Shown piece by piece: positions 27,349-36,992 of a stretch of DNA of 64,000 nucleotides. Under the pieces are notes generated by a model, which saw nothing but the letters and a program-made list of their open reading frames with translations, did no database searches and was not told the origin of the DNA. How positions within the stretch are numbered: the stretch's first letter is position 1; every line of letters begins with the position of its first letter. Made by a program: the position numbers and the translations under genes. Source of the stretch: a candidate division WOR-3 bacterium. Its GTDB lineage: Bacteria; Hydrothermota; Tepidihabitantia; Tepidihabitantales; Tepidihabitantaceae. The stretch is taken from NCBI GenBank assembly GCA_965649225.1, contig CBFGJX010000002.1, forward strand, positions 18,625-82,624. The letters are read 5' to 3'.

Positions 27349-28128
27349 TCAAGACAAGCGACGATTCTCCAGAAAAGAAGCCGACCCCACTTCTGCGATT
27401 CTGAAAAAAGATTCGGGCTGGAGGCTCGCCCCACCGACCAGCAGGCCGTCGACTTCCGGCAGTGCCAGCAGTTCAGCGGCAACAGCCGGAGTGACGCTAC
27501 CGCCGTAGAGCAGCCGTGTCCGCTCAGCGGTATCAGCTCCGAAGCGCACGGTGAGCCAGTGACGCAGCCACTGGTGTACGTTGACAATCTGGTTAGCCGT
27601 GGCGGTATTGCCGGTACCGATTGCCCAGACCGGTTCGTAGGCGATGACCGTTTCGCCGCCAAAATCAGCAGGGGCAACTACCGACAGTTGCCGTTCCAGG
27701 ACGCCGAAGGTGCTGCCCTGACTTCGTTCTGTGGCGGTTTCGCCGCAGCAGAACACCGGCGTCAGGCCCGTCGCGCGGGCGGCGGCGAGTTTACGGGCAC
27801 AGATGCTGTCGGTTTCGCCAAAGACATTCCGTCGTTCCGAGTGGCCGACTATCACATAGCTGCAACCAAGTTCGGCGAGGAACTGGCCCGAAACTGCCCC
27901 GGTGAATGGCCCGGAAAGCTCCCAGTGCAGGTCCTGTCCGCCCCAGCGTACCGTTGTGCCAGTCAAGTTTTCGGCGACGGCTGGAAGCGCCGTATAGGGT
28001 GGAAAGACCACCAGCTCTGCCGGGAGGCGGTCCGGCTCAAGTTTCTTCAGAGCTCGACAGTAATCGCCTGCCTGAGCAGCCGTCTTGTTCATTTTCCAGT
28101 TTCCAGCGATCAGCGGTATGCGGCTCAT
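27349..28128 (-). CDS. tpiA: Triosephosphate isomerase
   Basis: AGNWKMN, GHSERR, AYEPVWAIGTG, YGGSV, LVGGASL. Confidence 0.98.
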   Translation of the reverse strand: MSRIPLIAGNWKMNKTAAQAGDYCRALKKLEPDRLPAELVVFPPYTALPAVAENLTGTTVRWGGQDLHWELSGPFTGAVSGQFLAELGCSYVIVGHSERRNVFGETDSICARKLAAARATGLTPVFCCGETATERSQGSTFGVLERQLSVVAPADFGGETVIAYEPVWAIGTGNTATANQIVNVHQWLRHWLTVRFGADTAERTRLLYGGSVTPAVAAELLALPEVDGLLVGGASLQPESFFRIAEVGSASFLENRRLS

Positions 28129-29309
28129 GGACAGCGGTCGGCCAAAGCAGCGACGCCGGGTAGGATGCTGCCTTCAAGGAACTTCAGGCAGGCCCCGCCA
28201 CCGGTTGAGACATGGCTTACCCGATTCAGGTAGCCGAACTGATCGAGCGCGGCCGCAGTATCGCCGCCAGCGACAACCGTTGTCGCGCCGTTCGCAGTTG
28301 CGGCGGCAACTGCCTTTGCGATAGCCAGTGTTCCATGGGCGAACCGGGGCTGTTCAAAGACGCCCATCGGACCGGCCCAGACTATTGTCCGGGCATTAGC
28401 GATGATTTCAGCGAAGATGCGTTGTGTCACGGGACCAATGTCCAGTCCCATCAGTTCTGCTGGCATTCGGTCGACCGACGCGGCATTGCCGGTGGAGGCG
28501 TCGGGAGAGGCGGCGACAACTACATCGGCCGGCAGCACCACACGCTGGCTGGCCGCAGCTGCCAGAACCTCCTCCGGCAAACCCGGCTCCCACACCGACC
28601 GGCCGATGTTCAGCCCGCGACGCTTGAGAAAACTGAAGGCCGCACCGCCGCCGATCAGCAGTCGGTCAACTAGGGTCAGCAGGTTGGCAATCACACCTGC
28701 CTTATCCGCCACCTTCGACCCGCCGATGATGGCAACGAAGGGCCGCGCCGGCGATTCAATCACCCGTCCGAGGTATTCGAGCTCCCTCGCCATCAACAGT
28801 CCGGCAGCGGGGCGCGGAAACTGTCTGGGCAGTGCATCAACTGAGGCGTGGGGGCGATGAGCGACACCGAAAGCGTCATTGACGTAATCGTCGGCGAGCG
28901 AGGCCAGCCCCCGGGCAAAGTCCGGGTCGTTGGCAGTCTCGCCGGGGTGGAAACGCAGGTTCTCCAACAGCGCAACGACACCCGGTTTCAGCCGGCTGGC
29001 AAGTTCAGCGGCCTCCGGCCCGGAATAGACCGGCCAGAATTCCACTGGGTTCGTCAGCAGCTGTCGCAACCGTTCGGCGACCGGCAGGAGTGTCAGCGCC
29101 GGGTCGGGCTTTCCCTTGGGCTTGCCGAGGTGGGAACCGCAGATAACTGCGGCGCCTGATTCGATCAGCAGTTTCAGTGTGGGCAGCGCCGCCTTGATTC
29201 GTGCATCAGAGCGGACAGAACCATCCGGGCTAAGGGGGACATTGAAGTCGACGCGCAGAAAGACCCGTCGGCCCTTGACGTCCAGATCACGGACTGAGAG
29301 CTTCTGCAT
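28125..29309 (-). CDS. pgk: Phosphoglycerate kinase
   Basis: RVDFNVP, SHLG.P, LENLRF, NDAFG.AHR, STGGGA. Confidence 0.98.
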   Translation of the reverse strand: MQKLSVRDLDVKGRRVFLRVDFNVPLSPDGSVRSDARIKAALPTLKLLIESGAAVICGSHLGKPKGKPDPALTLLPVAERLRQLLTNPVEFWPVYSGPEAAELASRLKPGVVALLENLRFHPGETANDPDFARGLASLADDYVNDAFGVAHRPHASVDALPRQFPRPAAGLLMARELEYLGRVIESPARPFVAIIGGSKVADKAGVIANLLTLVDRLLIGGGAAFSFLKRRGLNIGRSVWEPGLPEEVLAAAASQRVVLPADVVVAASPDASTGNAASVDRMPAELMGLDIGPVTQRIFAEIIANARTIVWAGPMGVFEQPRFAHGTLAIAKAVAAATANGATTVVAGGDTAAALDQFGYLNRVSHVSTGGGACLKFLEGSILPGVAALADRCP

Positions 29310-30325
29310 CACTGTCTCTGCCAGCGCTCGGCGATGTAACAGGCAAGGTCCACCAGTCGGCACGAGTAACCGTATTCATTATCGTACCAGGCGAACACCT
29401 TGACCAGTCGCTCATCAACAACCGCAGTCAGGCGGGCGTCAACGATCGCCGAATGGGGGTTGCCGACCAGGTCGACCGACACCAGTGGTTCTTCACTGTA
29501 TTGCAGAATTCCCTTCAGCGGGCCTTCGGCTGCTGCCCGCAGAGCATCATTCACGGTTGCAGCTGTCGCCGGCTCCTTTACAGCACAGGCCAGGTCAACG
29601 ATTGAGACGTCCGGCGTGGGCACGCGGATGGCGATGCCGTCAATCTTGCCCTTCAATTCCGGAAAAACGACACCCAGCATTCGGGCAGCCCCGGTTGATG
29701 TTGGTATCATTGACAGCGCTCCTGCCCGTGCCCGACGCAGGTCTTTGTGCGGCTGGTCGAGCAATGCCTGGTCGTTGGTATAGGCATGAACGGTTGTCAT
29801 GAATGCACGCTCAATCTTGAATCGTTCGTGGATGACCTTCGCCACCGGGACAATGCAGTTGGTTGTACAGGAAGCGTTGGAAACCACCTTGTCCACAGCC
29901 GGGTCATAGGTCGCCTGATTGACACCCATCACGAGCGATTTGACGGGTTTGTCGCCCTTTGGCGGTGCCGATATGACAACCTGACGCGCTCCGGCAGTGA
30001 GGTGCCCGGCTGCCTTGTCGTAGGATGTGAAAAGGCCGGTGGACTCAATAACGATGTCGACACCAAGTTGTCCCCATGGCAATTCGGCCGGGTTGCGCAC
30101 TGCGGAAACGCGGGCCCGACGCCCGGCAATCACCAGGGTGTCGCCGTCTAGTTCGACTTCGTTGAAACGTCCATGGACCGAGTCGTATTTCAGAAGATGC
30201 GCCAGCGTTGCCGCATCGGTAATGTCGTTGATGCCTACCAGTTCGAGCATCGGATGCCGGGCGGTCAACCTGGCAACAAGCCGTCCAATGCGTCCGAATC
30301 CATTTATCGCAAGTCGCACGGGCAT
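29309..30325 (-). CDS. gap: Glyceraldehyde-3-phosphate dehydrogenase, type I
   Basis: INGFGRIGR, SNASCTTNC, WYDNEYGYS. Confidence 0.98.
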   Translation of the reverse strand: MPVRLAINGFGRIGRLVARLTARHPMLELVGINDITDAATLAHLLKYDSVHGRFNEVELDGDTLVIAGRRARVSAVRNPAELPWGQLGVDIVIESTGLFTSYDKAAGHLTAGARQVVISAPPKGDKPVKSLVMGVNQATYDPAVDKVVSNASCTTNCIVPVAKVIHERFKIERAFMTTVHAYTNDQALLDQPHKDLRRARAGALSMIPTSTGAARMLGVVFPELKGKIDGIAIRVPTPDVSIVDLACAVKEPATAATVNDALRAAAEGPLKGILQYSEEPLVSVDLVGNPHSAIVDARLTAVVDERLVKVFAWYDNEYGYSCRLVDLACYIAERWQRQ

Positions 30326-30448
30326 TATGCCTCCTTAAGTAGCAAGACCCAGAAGGGAAGATAACGGGGAACAGATGCCTGTCAACACTCGGACCGGGGC
30401 AAGAAACGACATTGACAGCTGCGGGTGAAGCCGTAGCCTGTGGGTGCT

Positions 30449-31858
30449 GTGTCCCGTGGCGATGTTGTTACTGTCAATGGCTGGCTGGCCATCGTTTCCT
30501 GCTGTCTGGCCGCACTTGCTGCCGGCTGTCAGAGTTCTGTACCGCCAGTTCCGGTGATTTCCGCCCCAATGCACGGTCAGCCGGGAGAAACGCTCTGGTT
30601 CGGGGTTTGGGCCGCGGGGAGGCAACCGTTGTCTTATCAGTTTGACTGGGGCGATGGGTCCATGAGCGACTGGAGTCCGCTGGCGATGCCGGAGGATACA
30701 TTTGACTTGTGGCATGTCTATCGTCAGGAGGGCAGTTTTGCCGCGTCGGCAAGGACGCGCTACCGGCATGAACAGCCGAGTGACTGGTCAGCACCACAAA
30801 CGATAGTCGTGTCAGTTGCCGGCCCCCTTGTTCCGATTCCGCTGGCCTTTCCTGACACCGCTCATCTCGAATCGACTTACACCTTTCGGGCAATCGTCAC
30901 TCACGCTTCAGGAGAAAGTACAGCCTGTGAGTTCCACTGGAGTGATTCGATCATCCAGCAGACTGACTACGTATCGTCGGGCGATACCGCCATTGTCAGA
31001 CGCCGTTTCAGCAAGCTGGGGCCGATTGAAGTTCGATTCCGGGGCGTGGACGCGACAGGAAACCGTGGCCCCTGGGCGCCCGCTGATACTATCACAGTTG
31101 CGGCGCGGCCGCTCGTTCCGCCGCGCAGACTGCGCCTGTTTTCTTACGGTGGAGTGTTTGTCCAGCTGGCCTGGGACGGCATGCGGCCGGTGGATTCGGC
31201 CCAGTATCGGGTCTGGTTCCGCGCCACAAACTCGGCCGGCTTCGCGCTGGTCGGCGTGCTGAATCGCACGGCGTTCATCCACGACCCTGGTGGGGTAACC
31301 GGAGACTATACCGTTTCGTCATTGCGTGACGGCGAGGAGATTTTCGCCCAGGAAACGGTTTCGACGCGGCCGGTTCTGACAGACACGCTGGTTCTGGGCG
31401 AATTGAACAGCGGTCTGACTGCCGGCTACGGGTGGGACAGGGTGACCGGTCGCGCGGCGCTGTATCCAATGACTGACAGCGCGTCGGCGGATCTGGTTGA
31501 TATCTATTTCACTGACTTCACCAGCGGCTATCTGGGGCCGGGTTACTACCTTGCCAGTGCCAGTCTGGCACCGACTGACCCTGGCGGTGGCGTGCCGGCA
31601 GGGGCGTGGCGACGTACCCGTCTGCTCGGCCTGCCGTCGGGTGGCGGTGACCCACTGCCGGAATACGACTCGCTGCTGTACTTGGACAGGCTTGACGTCA
31701 ATACCTTCGTCTCCTATGCTGCATTGCACACCCCGGAGGGACATTACGCCCTCGTTACGGCTATATCGCCAAGCAGTGTCGATGGCACGGTGAGGATCGT
31801 CGGACTCTTTCAGCGCATTCCGGGACTAAGACTGATCCAGTATGCTGGACATCGATAG
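30449..31858 (+). CDS. Lipoprotein with PKD-like and FnIII-like domains
   Basis: Lipobox LAAGC and YQFDWGDGS PKD motif. Start uncertain: GTG 30440 abuts the -10 box, so GTG 30449 is preferred. Confidence 0.7.
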   Translation: MSRGDVVTVNGWLAIVSCCLAALAAGCQSSVPPVPVISAPMHGQPGETLWFGVWAAGRQPLSYQFDWGDGSMSDWSPLAMPEDTFDLWHVYRQEGSFAASARTRYRHEQPSDWSAPQTIVVSVAGPLVPIPLAFPDTAHLESTYTFRAIVTHASGESTACEFHWSDSIIQQTDYVSSGDTAIVRRRFSKLGPIEVRFRGVDATGNRGPWAPADTITVAARPLVPPRRLRLFSYGGVFVQLAWDGMRPVDSAQYRVWFRATNSAGFALVGVLNRTAFIHDPGGVTGDYTVSSLRDGEEIFAQETVSTRPVLTDTLVLGELNSGLTAGYGWDRVTGRAALYPMTDSASADLVDIYFTDFTSGYLGPGYYLASASLAPTDPGGGVPAGAWRRTRLLGLPSGGGDPLPEYDSLLYLDRLDVNTFVSYAALHTPEGHYALVTAISPSSVDGTVRIVGLFQRIPGLRLIQYAGHR

Positions 31859-31951
31859 TGCCGCTCGAACAGAGGCGCCCTGCCTGCTGCCCTCCTGTTC
31901 TGTGCATCTCAGCCTCTCCTCAGTAGCCGGCGGGACGCCTCGTCGGGCGGC

Positions 31952-32428
31952 GTGATGCCTCATCGCAAGCTGCTGCCCACACGGGTCGTCGGTCGGCTGG
32001 TTTTGGCTCTATCCTGCACGGTGCTGTTCAGCTGTGATGACGACGGTGCAGTCGGAAACCGCCGGCCGCTGGCGGCCATCGTTGAGTGGCCGGTGGAACT
32101 GAGGGTTGGCGAACTGGCCGTGGTCAAGGCCGAGGGCTACGATCCTGACGGCGACCGAATCAGAATCTTTGTCGCCTGGGGCGATGGCGACACCAGCGAC
32201 CACGGTGAGTTTGTCCTGTCGGGACAGACGGTCGTGTTTGAGCATCGGTACCGGTATGCCGACACATTCGTGGTCACAGCAAGGTGTCACGACCTTGCCC
32301 CGCTTTTTTCAGACTGGTCGTCGCCCCGAGTAGTGCGAGTGACGGGCGTCTATTCTTCCGTCGCGTCCCTAGACAGAGACAGGTCCCAAAGCAGTACGTC
32401 GGCGAGCAAGGCGTCGAAAAGCCGGTAG
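31952..32428 (+). CDS. Small PKD-domain lipoprotein
   Basis: LFSC lipobox and DPDGD...WGDG...H.Y motif. Confidence 0.65.
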   Translation: MMPHRKLLPTRVVGRLVLALSCTVLFSCDDDGAVGNRRPLAAIVEWPVELRVGELAVVKAEGYDPDGDRIRIFVAWGDGDTSDHGEFVLSGQTVVFEHRYRYADTFVVTARCHDLAPLFSDWSSPRVVRVTGVYSSVASLDRDRSQSSTSASKASKSR

Positions 32429-33267
32429 GCAAGAGTCCCACTTTCACATCCGTTAACCAGGAAAGAAAAAACATACTCGCGGTTGGGCGCCAACAGGTAG
32501 CCGGAAAGACAGAACACGCCGCGGATATATCCGGTCTTTGCCCGCAGCGTTTGGGGGTAGAGAAAGCGACGTCTAAGCAGGGTGCCGATTCCACCGGGTT
32601 GTGCCAGGCTGTGGCTGAAAGCATCTCCGAAGGGCAGCCGGCGTACCGCAGCAAGTGTCGCTGCAATGGTCCTGGCACTGACACGGTTTCGGGATGAAAG
32701 CCCTGAGCCATCGATGACTTGCAGTCCTGTAACCGGAACGTCAAGGGCACGCAGCCCGCGTTCGACGGCCAACTGGCGGGTTGTGCGTCGGCGGCTGGCA
32801 ACGGCATCAATCAGCCAGTTGGCGACATTGTTGTCACTCTTGCGGTTCAGCAGAAGCAGATAACGGAAACCCGGCAGGTTGGGCATCACGCCGACTCCGA
32901 GCGATTCGGCAAAGGCCGAGTCGCCGACTAGGCGCAGATGCAAGGGTTCCTTCGACTGCAAAAGTCGCGCGTCGAGCTGTTTTACGAGCAGAGTGTCCCA
33001 TTCCTGCAACGCAATGGCGGCGACCAGCAGTTTCATGTTTGAAGCAGGGACCAATGCCGAATCCGGATTGAGCGCAAAAAGCAGGGTGTCGTCGTCAAGC
33101 GGCCGGACGACGATACCGGCGCGCCATGCCGGTTGCGCCAGCGCCTGGTAGTCGCGCGCCATCACCGTTGCCAGCGGTTCGGGAACGATGCCGCACTCGG
33201 CCGGCGGCAGCCCGGGCAGTCCGGCGGAAGTTACTGCCGGGAGCAACAGTCGGGCAAGCAGGGTCAG
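32350..33267 (-). CDS. dacB: Compact D-Ala-D-Ala carboxypeptidase/endopeptidase (PBP4/DacB, S13)
   Basis: PASNMK (SxxK), SDN, DGSGLS..N, KTGY. Start uncertain, near the trxB stop. Confidence 0.75.
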   Translation of the reverse strand: MTLLARLLLPAVTSAGLPGLPPAECGIVPEPLATVMARDYQALAQPAWRAGIVVRPLDDDTLLFALNPDSALVPASNMKLLVAAIALQEWDTLLVKQLDARLLQSKEPLHLRLVGDSAFAESLGVGVMPNLPGFRYLLLLNRKSDNNVANWLIDAVASRRRTTRQLAVERGLRALDVPVTGLQVIDGSGLSSRNRVSARTIAATLAAVRRLPFGDAFSHSLAQPGGIGTLLRRRFLYPQTLRAKTGYIRGVFCLSGYLLAPNREYVFSFLVNGCESGTLAYRLFDALLADVLLWDLSLSRDATEE

Positions 33268-34184
33268 GATAGGCCAGTAATATACTCGTGAGCGGACATA
33301 GCCGCAAGCGCGCCATCGGCGACGGCGGTTGCGATCTGACGCAGCGGGGTTACCCGAACGTCGCCTGCGGCAAACACACCCGGAACGTTGGTCCGCAGGT
33401 GGCCATCGGTTGGTATGAATCCGTTCGGGTCGAGCTGGATTGTCTCCTGACACCAGGTTGTGTTGGGTACCGAGCCGACATAAATGAACAGACCAGCGAC
33501 TGGCAGCTCCCGAGTGCTGCCGTCCTTGCGCGATTCCAGAATGATTGACTCGAGACGGTTAGTCCCGTTCAGCCCGGTAACGATAGTGGACAGATGCAGA
33601 GTGATGTTTTGACAGGCACGGACCTTGTCCTGAGTGTGCCTGGCGCCGCGGAACTCGTCACGGCGGTGTACAAGGTGCACCCGCGAGCAGATATTGGCCA
33701 GGTAGAGCGCTTCGTCTAGGGCCGAATCGCCGCCACCGACCACGGCGACTTCACGGCCGCGGAATAGCGGACCGTCGCAGACTGCGCAGTAGGACACGCC
33801 CCGGCCGCGCAGTTCGTTTTCGCGTTCGAGCCCGAGCTGTTTGGACATCACGCCTGAGGCAATGATCGCGGCGCGGGGGCGGTACTCCCCGGCGGTGGTG
33901 ATAACCGCGATGCCTTCGGGGCCGACGCTGATAGCGGTTGCTTCGGCCGTATCCAGCGCACAACCAAAGCGGCGGGCCTGCGCCTCCATCGCCTGCGTCA
34001 GGGCAGTTCCCTCGATCGGTTCGGGAAAACCGGGGTAGTTTTCGACGACAGAAGTCAACGCGACCTGGCCGCCGGGCAGAGCCCGTTCAAGCACGACTGT
34101 GGCGTGACCCGAGCGCGCACCGTAAAGCCCGGCAGTCAGTCCAGCCGGCCCGGCACCAATGACGAGTATCTCCGGTGTGTTCAT
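33264..34184 (-). CDS. trxB: Thioredoxin-disulfide reductase
   Basis: GAGPAG, ENYPGF, GVSYCAVCDG, GGGDSA, GVFAAGD. Confidence 0.96.
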   Translation of the reverse strand: MNTPEILVIGAGPAGLTAGLYGARSGHATVVLERALPGGQVALTSVVENYPGFPEPIEGTALTQAMEAQARRFGCALDTAEATAISVGPEGIAVITTAGEYRPRAAIIASGVMSKQLGLERENELRGRGVSYCAVCDGPLFRGREVAVVGGGDSALDEALYLANICSRVHLVHRRDEFRGARHTQDKVRACQNITLHLSTIVTGLNGTNRLESIILESRKDGSTRELPVAGLFIYVGSVPNTTWCQETIQLDPNGFIPTDGHLRTNVPGVFAAGDVRVTPLRQIATAVADGALAAMSAHEYITGLS

Positions 34185-34200
34185 CGCCTGCATTGTAGAC

Positions 34201-34238
34201 AAAAAGAACCGGAGGGCAAGCTGACGCCGCCCTCCGGT
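34201..34238 (-). terminator. Rho-independent terminator of the argF / beta-propeller unit
   Basis: CCGGAGGGC...GCCCTCCGG hairpin followed by TTCTTTTT on the minus strand. Confidence 0.8.
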
Positions 34239-34253
34239 CCAGTCGCTCGCAGG

Positions 34254-36974
34254 CTAATATGTCACAACGAACTTGCGTCCGACCGCGGCGGAACGGCCGT
34301 GGTCAACGAGCCGGGCGAAGTACACGCCGGGCGGCAGAGTCCGGCCCTCGTCGTCAGCAGGGGACCAGGCGACCTGATGGACTCCGGTGTCGCGGTTGGC
34401 GTCCAGCGGCCGGGCTACGAGCCGGCCGGAATTGTCGTACACCAGCAGCTCATAGCGGCCTGGGCCGGGCACGCTGATGGTGAAGCGGCACTGGCCGCGT
34501 ACCGGGTTGGGAGTGATGCGCTCGAACGCCAGCCGGCGCACTAAGGTCACCGGCTCGGCGGTACCAACGGTCGGCGATTGCATCACTCGCATCATCCAGT
34601 CGTGCGTGGTCCACTGCCGGAAGGGATCCTGGTTAGACGAGAAGTACGAACGCATTTCGACGGGAGGTGTGCCGTCGGCACCGATGCCCATGCCGGGTGA
34701 GTTGTCAGGCCAGCGCGCGATGAGCCAGAAATCTTCAGCCGTCCTGCGCGTTACGTCGAACGCGAACTCGGCCCAGCCGGGTGCGACCGGCGCGGTGACG
34801 TTGTAGGCGATGTCAAGGAGGTTGGCGGTGTCAGGCACGCCGGCGCGGTCTGGACAGAGCGCCACATACTCAAACGGGGTGTTGGCAAGATTAACAAAGA
34901 TGCGGCCACCGGTAACCGCAAAAGGCGGGTTGAGCGTAGGCGAGCAGCGCAGGTAGAACTTGTCGTTGTCGCGCCGTCCCACCCAGTAATAGGCCTCGGC
35001 CGAACCGTCGTCGTAGATGAGTTCATACGTCACCGTGAAACTACGGCGCAGGGAGTCATTGTCGGGCAGGAGGTCATCATCGGTGCTTGCGGTCAAAATC
35101 GCGCTGTAAGGTCCGACTGCGCCCGGTGACCAGGCCGTAAACTCGACCGCGGTGCTGTCGTCCGGGGCGAGGTTGCCTGACTGTGTCGAGTCGCGGTACA
35201 CAACAGCGCCGATCGAATCGGTAATCGTCAGGCGGCAGCGGATGGCGTCGGTGTAGGAGCCGCTGTTGGTGACAATCGCGCGGGGCGTGAATGAGCGGTT
35301 GATGCTCATTTCGGTATAGGGAGGGCTCAGCAGCACCGGCTGGCCATCGTGGAAACAGCGCGATGCCATCGCCAGTGTGTCATCGCCGGCGTAACCGTCG
35401 CCGGGCAGGCGGGTGAACACGAGGCAGTTGTACAGCGACCATGCATCCGGAGTCCACTGCCGGAAGCTCACCGCTGCCGCGGCACCCGGTGCCACGTCAG
35501 GCGCGACTGTGCTGTCACGATAGACGACACTGTCGGCTGAGTTGCGAATGGTGATACCAACCGGGATTGAGACGGTGTTGTCACCGTAGTTTTGAACCTC
35601 GGCGCTCGGCGTGACCGGAACGCCGGTCTGGAGGTAGCGGCCGGGGGCGGTGATGGCGCGGGTGCCGGCGTTGACCGAGTCTGATGCACCAATGAGCACG
35701 GCGTAGACCTGGCCGCCGTTGCCCATCTGACCGGCATGCACCGCTTTGCCCGAGGCGCAGGCGAACTGGCCGTCGTCAGAGATGTCGCAAGAGAACAGCG
35801 AACCGGGTTCGTCGTTGCGGGTGATGGCCACCAGCGGTGCGGTGTCGCCAACGTTGTGAACCGTGAAGACCCGGAAATCACCCGACGGTGCGATATCGCC
35901 CCACGATGCGGCCGCCACTCGACTGCCGTCAGCCGAGAGTGCAACGCAGGCAACATAAGCGCCATTCGAACCATAGTTCTGATAGGTCATCACCGGTATT
36001 GCAGAACTGGAGTCGAAGACGCAGAGCTTGCCGTTGGCATAGCCGGTGCCACACGCGACCCGTGATCCGTCTCGCGACACGGCGACGCCCGCAACCCAGG
36101 GGGTACCGACCTGAGCACTCCAGCGGAGGCTGTACGTCGAGCCGTCCCAGCGGTAGAGCTTCAGCATCCCGTAGTAGTCACCGGTTACAAGGATGGAACC
36201 GTCACCGGAAATGGCGGCGGCGTACTGAGTGCCGGTGTTTGATGTGCCAATCGGGATTGCGCCTCGCCGGAGACTGTCCTCGAAGACAATGCAGGAATCA
36301 TAGACCGTCACGGCAACAATCCGACCGTTGTCCGACAGGTCAATGCCCTGCAGCCGGGTTGGCTCGGGGACAGGCACCGACCACAGCACCCGGCCGTCCT
36401 GTGCACGGATCGCTGTCAGTATCCCGTTCTGGCACGCCACGACCCGGTTGCCGTTGCGGCTGGTTTTGCTGTAACCGGTGGCGCTGGTGGGGTACTGGTA
36501 CAGCCACTGCGGAAAGCGGCTCTGGCTGGACCATTTATAGGCCGCTGTCAGCGATGATAGTGTCATCGTGCCGCCGTCGCGTGAGACGCCAATCTGATTG
36601 CCGGCCCAGCCCCAGGTGAAATCACCCGGGCTTTCCCAGACCGGCGACGCAGTTCCAAGCGTACGATAGTACGAGGCACGCTGGGCGTTCAGATACCAGT
36701 TGGCAAGGATGTGGTAACCGTCATTGGAGATGGCCACCGACTGGGCGATACCGTAACGGTGATTGCGGTCCACCCAGAGCACCCCGGTGTCGGAGCGCAG
36801 CGCCGGAACCTCCGGTCGTTCTATCGGCCGGTCGAACAGAGGCCCATTCTCGGTGTTGATGCGGTACCAGGTCCGCTCAAGACCGTCGCCGCCGGTTTCG
36901 GTCACCGCCTCGATGCCGAGCGGTGTCGCGGGGGCGACGACCCAGAACAGCAACAGGACTGCGAGCCTTCTCAT
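34254..36974 (-). CDS. Large secreted WD40-like beta-propeller protein with Ig/CARDB-like domains and T9SS/FlgD-like CTD
   Basis: Repeated V.IS.DG blades, two V.N.G...N/DDT Ig units, YDDG, C-terminal PNP...VYDNSGRLV...GVYF...KFVVTY. Confidence 0.82.
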   Translation of the reverse strand: MRRLAVLLLFWVVAPATPLGIEAVTETGGDGLERTWYRINTENGPLFDRPIERPEVPALRSDTGVLWVDRNHRYGIAQSVAISNDGYHILANWYLNAQRASYYRTLGTASPVWESPGDFTWGWAGNQIGVSRDGGTMTLSSLTAAYKWSSQSRFPQWLYQYPTSATGYSKTSRNGNRVVACQNGILTAIRAQDGRVLWSVPVPEPTRLQGIDLSDNGRIVAVTVYDSCIVFEDSLRRGAIPIGTSNTGTQYAAAISGDGSILVTGDYYGMLKLYRWDGSTYSLRWSAQVGTPWVAGVAVSRDGSRVACGTGYANGKLCVFDSSSAIPVMTYQNYGSNGAYVACVALSADGSRVAAASWGDIAPSGDFRVFTVHNVGDTAPLVAITRNDEPGSLFSCDISDDGQFACASGKAVHAGQMGNGGQVYAVLIGASDSVNAGTRAITAPGRYLQTGVPVTPSAEVQNYGDNTVSIPVGITIRNSADSVVYRDSTVAPDVAPGAAAAVSFRQWTPDAWSLYNCLVFTRLPGDGYAGDDTLAMASRCFHDGQPVLLSPPYTEMSINRSFTPRAIVTNSGSYTDAIRCRLTITDSIGAVVYRDSTQSGNLAPDDSTAVEFTAWSPGAVGPYSAILTASTDDDLLPDNDSLRRSFTVTYELIYDDGSAEAYYWVGRRDNDKFYLRCSPTLNPPFAVTGGRIFVNLANTPFEYVALCPDRAGVPDTANLLDIAYNVTAPVAPGWAEFAFDVTRRTAEDFWLIARWPDNSPGMGIGADGTPPVEMRSYFSSNQDPFRQWTTHDWMMRVMQSPTVGTAEPVTLVRRLAFERITPNPVRGQCRFTISVPGPGRYELLVYDNSGRLVARPLDANRDTGVHQVAWSPADDEGRTLPPGVYFARLVDHGRSAAVGRKFVVTY

Positions 36975-36992
36975 AATGCCTCCTCGGACTGG

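Noticed and set aside
26994-27677. 227-aa extended SecG, and similar N-terminal extensions of HPr, EI, the oxidoreductase subunits, DacB and the 53445 ORF
   Set aside because: The extensions overlap upstream genes. Internal starts with SD or stop-start overlap fit the family lengths.
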